Shown piece by piece: positions 24,366-26,229 of a DNA stretch of 26,229 nucleotides. The position numbers and the translations under genes were made by a program. Positions within the stretch are counted from its first letter, which is position 1; each line of letters starts with the position of its first letter. The notes under the pieces are model-generated. The model worked only from the letters and a program-made list of their open reading frames with translations, did not search any database and was not told the DNA's origin. This DNA is from a virus (lineage: Duplodnaviria; Caudoviricetes): positions 1 to 26,229 of IMG/VR virus record IMGVR_UViG_3300032083_002454. One strand, 5' to 3'.

Positions 24366-25453
24366 GCGCAGAACAGGAACTCGCCAATGCCAATGTCCAG
24401 ATAGCGACACTCATTAATGAAGTGACGCGCCTGCGTGACTCGGTAATGGGGCTGAATAACATCTATGCCACGGTCACTGAAGGGCGGCAATCCGTGCCTG
24501 ATGGGCGGTTCTTCGCGGTGGCTGGCAGCGGCGCGTACATGCGGCTGTATCAGCGTAACGGCGCTAGTGCCACGCTGATCGCGGAGTACCCCAGTGCGGA
24601 AGCCATGGCACAAGCTGTTAGTGACGCTGAAAGCGCGGCAGGCACGGCCACTGCCGCCGCTACCGCCGTTGCAGATAACGTCGGCAATGCCTCTGCGTTG
24701 GTTGATGCTGCGATAGAGGCCGCTGAGGACGCCGTGGGTGCCGCCAGCGCTGCTAATGATTCAAAGCTAGCCGCCGCTGAAAGTGCCGACAATTTGCAGA
24801 CAGCCGTTCAGGCGGCCGAAGACGCGGCACTCAGCGCTGGGGAGTTTGCGACGACAGCAGATCAGAAGCGCGAAGCGGCGGAGGTTGCGGCGCTAACCGC
24901 CTTGGACGCTGCGGCCGACGCTCTTTCATCGGCACAAATCGCACTGCAAGTGCATGTTGATGAAGATGACCCGCACCCGAAGTACGCGACCAAAGTGGCG
25001 CTAAACAGCGTGCTTGAGCTCTTACAAAGCGACGATACAACGCTTGATGAACTCCAAGAGATCGTCGAGTACATCAAGCTCAACCGCGCTGATCTGGACG
25101 CGCTTAACATTGACGCGATTGCTGGGCTGCAGGATGCGTTAGACGGTAAAGCAGCGTTGATGCATACCCACGATGACCGTTACTACACACAAGCACAGAT
25201 CGATAGCCAGCCAAAGGGCGACCCTTGGACGCGCCCGGCAGAAAGCATTGTATTTAATCACGCAACAGACGGAACGATAACAGGCATTGAAGAAGTGGTT
25301 GACGGAGATCTGCGGGTGACCAGTTACACCTACGGCGGTGGCGTTATTTCTCAGTCTGAGACGCACTATCAGGGCCTGACCCGAACGGAGTCGTACACCT
25401 ATTCTAACGGCACATTAAGTGGCAGTTCCGCTGCCATCACGGAGAGCGTATGA
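24362..25453 (+). CDS. Side tail fibre/adaptor protein
   Basis: Tailspike-type N-terminal anchor (YATVTEG...FFAV...LYQR..AEYPS), Ala-rich coiled coil, fibre motifs HVDEDDPHPKY, LDELQEI, GLQDALDGKAALMHTHDDRYYT. ATGA-coupled start 24362. Confidence 0.7.
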   Translation: MSAEQELANANVQIATLINEVTRLRDSVMGLNNIYATVTEGRQSVPDGRFFAVAGSGAYMRLYQRNGASATLIAEYPSAEAMAQAVSDAESAAGTATAAATAVADNVGNASALVDAAIEAAEDAVGAASAANDSKLAAAESADNLQTAVQAAEDAALSAGEFATTADQKREAAEVAALTALDAAADALSSAQIALQVHVDEDDPHPKYATKVALNSVLELLQSDDTTLDELQEIVEYIKLNRADLDALNIDAIAGLQDALDGKAALMHTHDDRYYTQAQIDSQPKGDPWTRPAESIVFNHATDGTITGIEEVVDGDLRVTSYTYGGGVISQSETHYQGLTRTESYTYSNGTLSGSSAAITESV

Positions 25454-26229
25454 GCACCGCATTAATACCCCCGATCTATAATGAGCTGCTCGGCATTAAA
25501 GGGCTGTTAAATGAAGCCTTCGCCGCCGATATTGCCAGGAACTTTGTTCTGGGTCTGTCCGGCGCACAGGATGGCCCACTGCTGGAAAGCTGGTTGCAAG
25601 AGCCGGTGAACGTATCTGGGTTTAACCAGGTCATCGCAAACGAAGAAGATGTAGCAACACTGGTGGCGTTAGCAGGGCCGATGGGCGCGCTAGCTAATTC
25701 GGACACTGCTAGCAGCTTGATCCTCAATAACACGGCGTTTGTTAACGCTATTGCGGGCTCTCAGATCGCGGCAATACAGATATTTAGTGGCGACCCGGCG
25801 CTTAACTACATAGGCGTTGGGGCGTTTGCCACGCCAACGCTTGTGGGCAGTGCGACAGTGATGGGGTGGGTGGCTGCTAGCGGTTCGGCGATGGAGGCTT
25901 TGGCCGGGAACGCTACGGTTATGGATTCGATAGCGGCTAGCCAAGTGGCGATGGATACTCTGGTGGCTAGCCAGTTGGCTATGGATGCGGTAGCGGCTAG
26001 TCAAGTGGCGATGGATGCGGTAATCGCTAGCCCAACCGCGCTAAATACGGTCGTGGTCAGCCAAGTGGCGATGGATGCGGTTGCGGCCAGCCAAGTGGCG
26101 ATGGATGTGGTAGCGGCCAGCCAAGTGGCGATGGATGCGGTAGCGGCCAGCCAAGTGGCGATGGATGCGGTCAGTGTAGTCAATATGGCTATTGGCAAGC
26201 TGGCGGTAGGGTTAGCTGGCTTGGATTCC
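25450..26229 (+). CDS. Partial ORF (at least 260 aa, runs off window) with 10-aa tandem repeats, probable virion/fibre-associated protein
   Basis: ATGA overlap with the upstream stop, SD GGAG, no stop to the window end: MSTALIPPIYNELLGIKG...(MDAVAASQVA)n...AIGKLAVGLAGLDS. Absent from the ORF track. Confidence 0.85.
   Translation, partial: MSTALIPPIYNELLGIKGLLNEAFAADIARNFVLGLSGAQDGPLLESWLQEPVNVSGFNQVIANEEDVATLVALAGPMGALANSDTASSLILNNTAFVNAIAGSQIAAIQIFSGDPALNYIGVGAFATPTLVGSATVMGWVAASGSAMEALAGNATVMDSIAASQVAMDTLVASQLAMDAVAASQVAMDAVIASPTALNTVVVSQVAMDAVAASQVAMDVVAASQVAMDAVAASQVAMDAVSVVNMAIGKLAVGLAGLDS
25861..26190 (+). repeat. 30-bp tandem repeat, about 11 units, consensus ATGGATGCGGTAGCGGCCAGCCAAGTGGCG
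   Basis: Units start every 30 nt from 25861. Near-identical copies at 26071, 26101 and 26131. Confidence 0.92.

Larger units (their letters stand above)
1..26229 (+). mobile_element. Part of a temperate HK97/lambda-like siphophage (prophage): replication, late control, lysis, packaging, head and tail modules
   Basis: Canonical lambdoid late-gene synteny with tightly coupled genes (ATGA/TGATG overlaps). Attachment sites and the lysogeny module are not in the window. Confidence 0.96.

Noticed and set aside
6157-25366. Numerous minus-strand and alternate-frame ORFs overlapping structural genes
   Set aside because: Expected shadows of GC-rich coding sequence. They lack recognisable motifs and lie within well-supported genes.
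25861-26190. 30-bp repeats as a CRISPR array
   Set aside because: Units are contiguous with no unique spacers, are in frame in an ORF and vary mostly in a codon-aware way. No cas genes are present.
21777-26229. Diversity-generating retroelement or invertible fibre cassette
   Set aside because: No reverse transcriptase, invertase, or TR/VR pair with adenine-specific differences is visible in the window. One could still lie downstream.

Overview
This window is one continuous segment of a temperate, HK97/lambda-like siphophage genome, probably a prophage. Almost all genes are on the + strand. Gene order: TraR/DksA Zn-finger, split primase (PriCT-2/Toprim plus SF3 helicase), iteron-rich putative origin with a perfect DnaA box, Q-like late regulator, late promoter with two terminators, lysis cassette (amidase endolysin, holin, overlapping spanins), HNH, putative cos region, TerS/TerL, portal, protease, HK97-fold capsid, head-tail joining genes, tail tube, tail chaperone with a lambda-type GGGAAAG -1 frameshift, a two-gene moron (HIRAN protein and T4-Imm-like membrane protein), tape measure, an antisense orphan gene, tail tip genes, a J-like central fibre with 32/33-aa repeats, and accessory fibre genes. 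The last gene is missing from the ORF track, runs off the window end and is built on a 10-aa (30-bp) tandem repeat. The acidic proteins and gene content suggest a halophilic gammaproteobacterial host such as Halomonas (inference). No integrase, repressor, RNA genes or CRISPR array are visible. All family calls come from motif recognition and synteny, not database searches.
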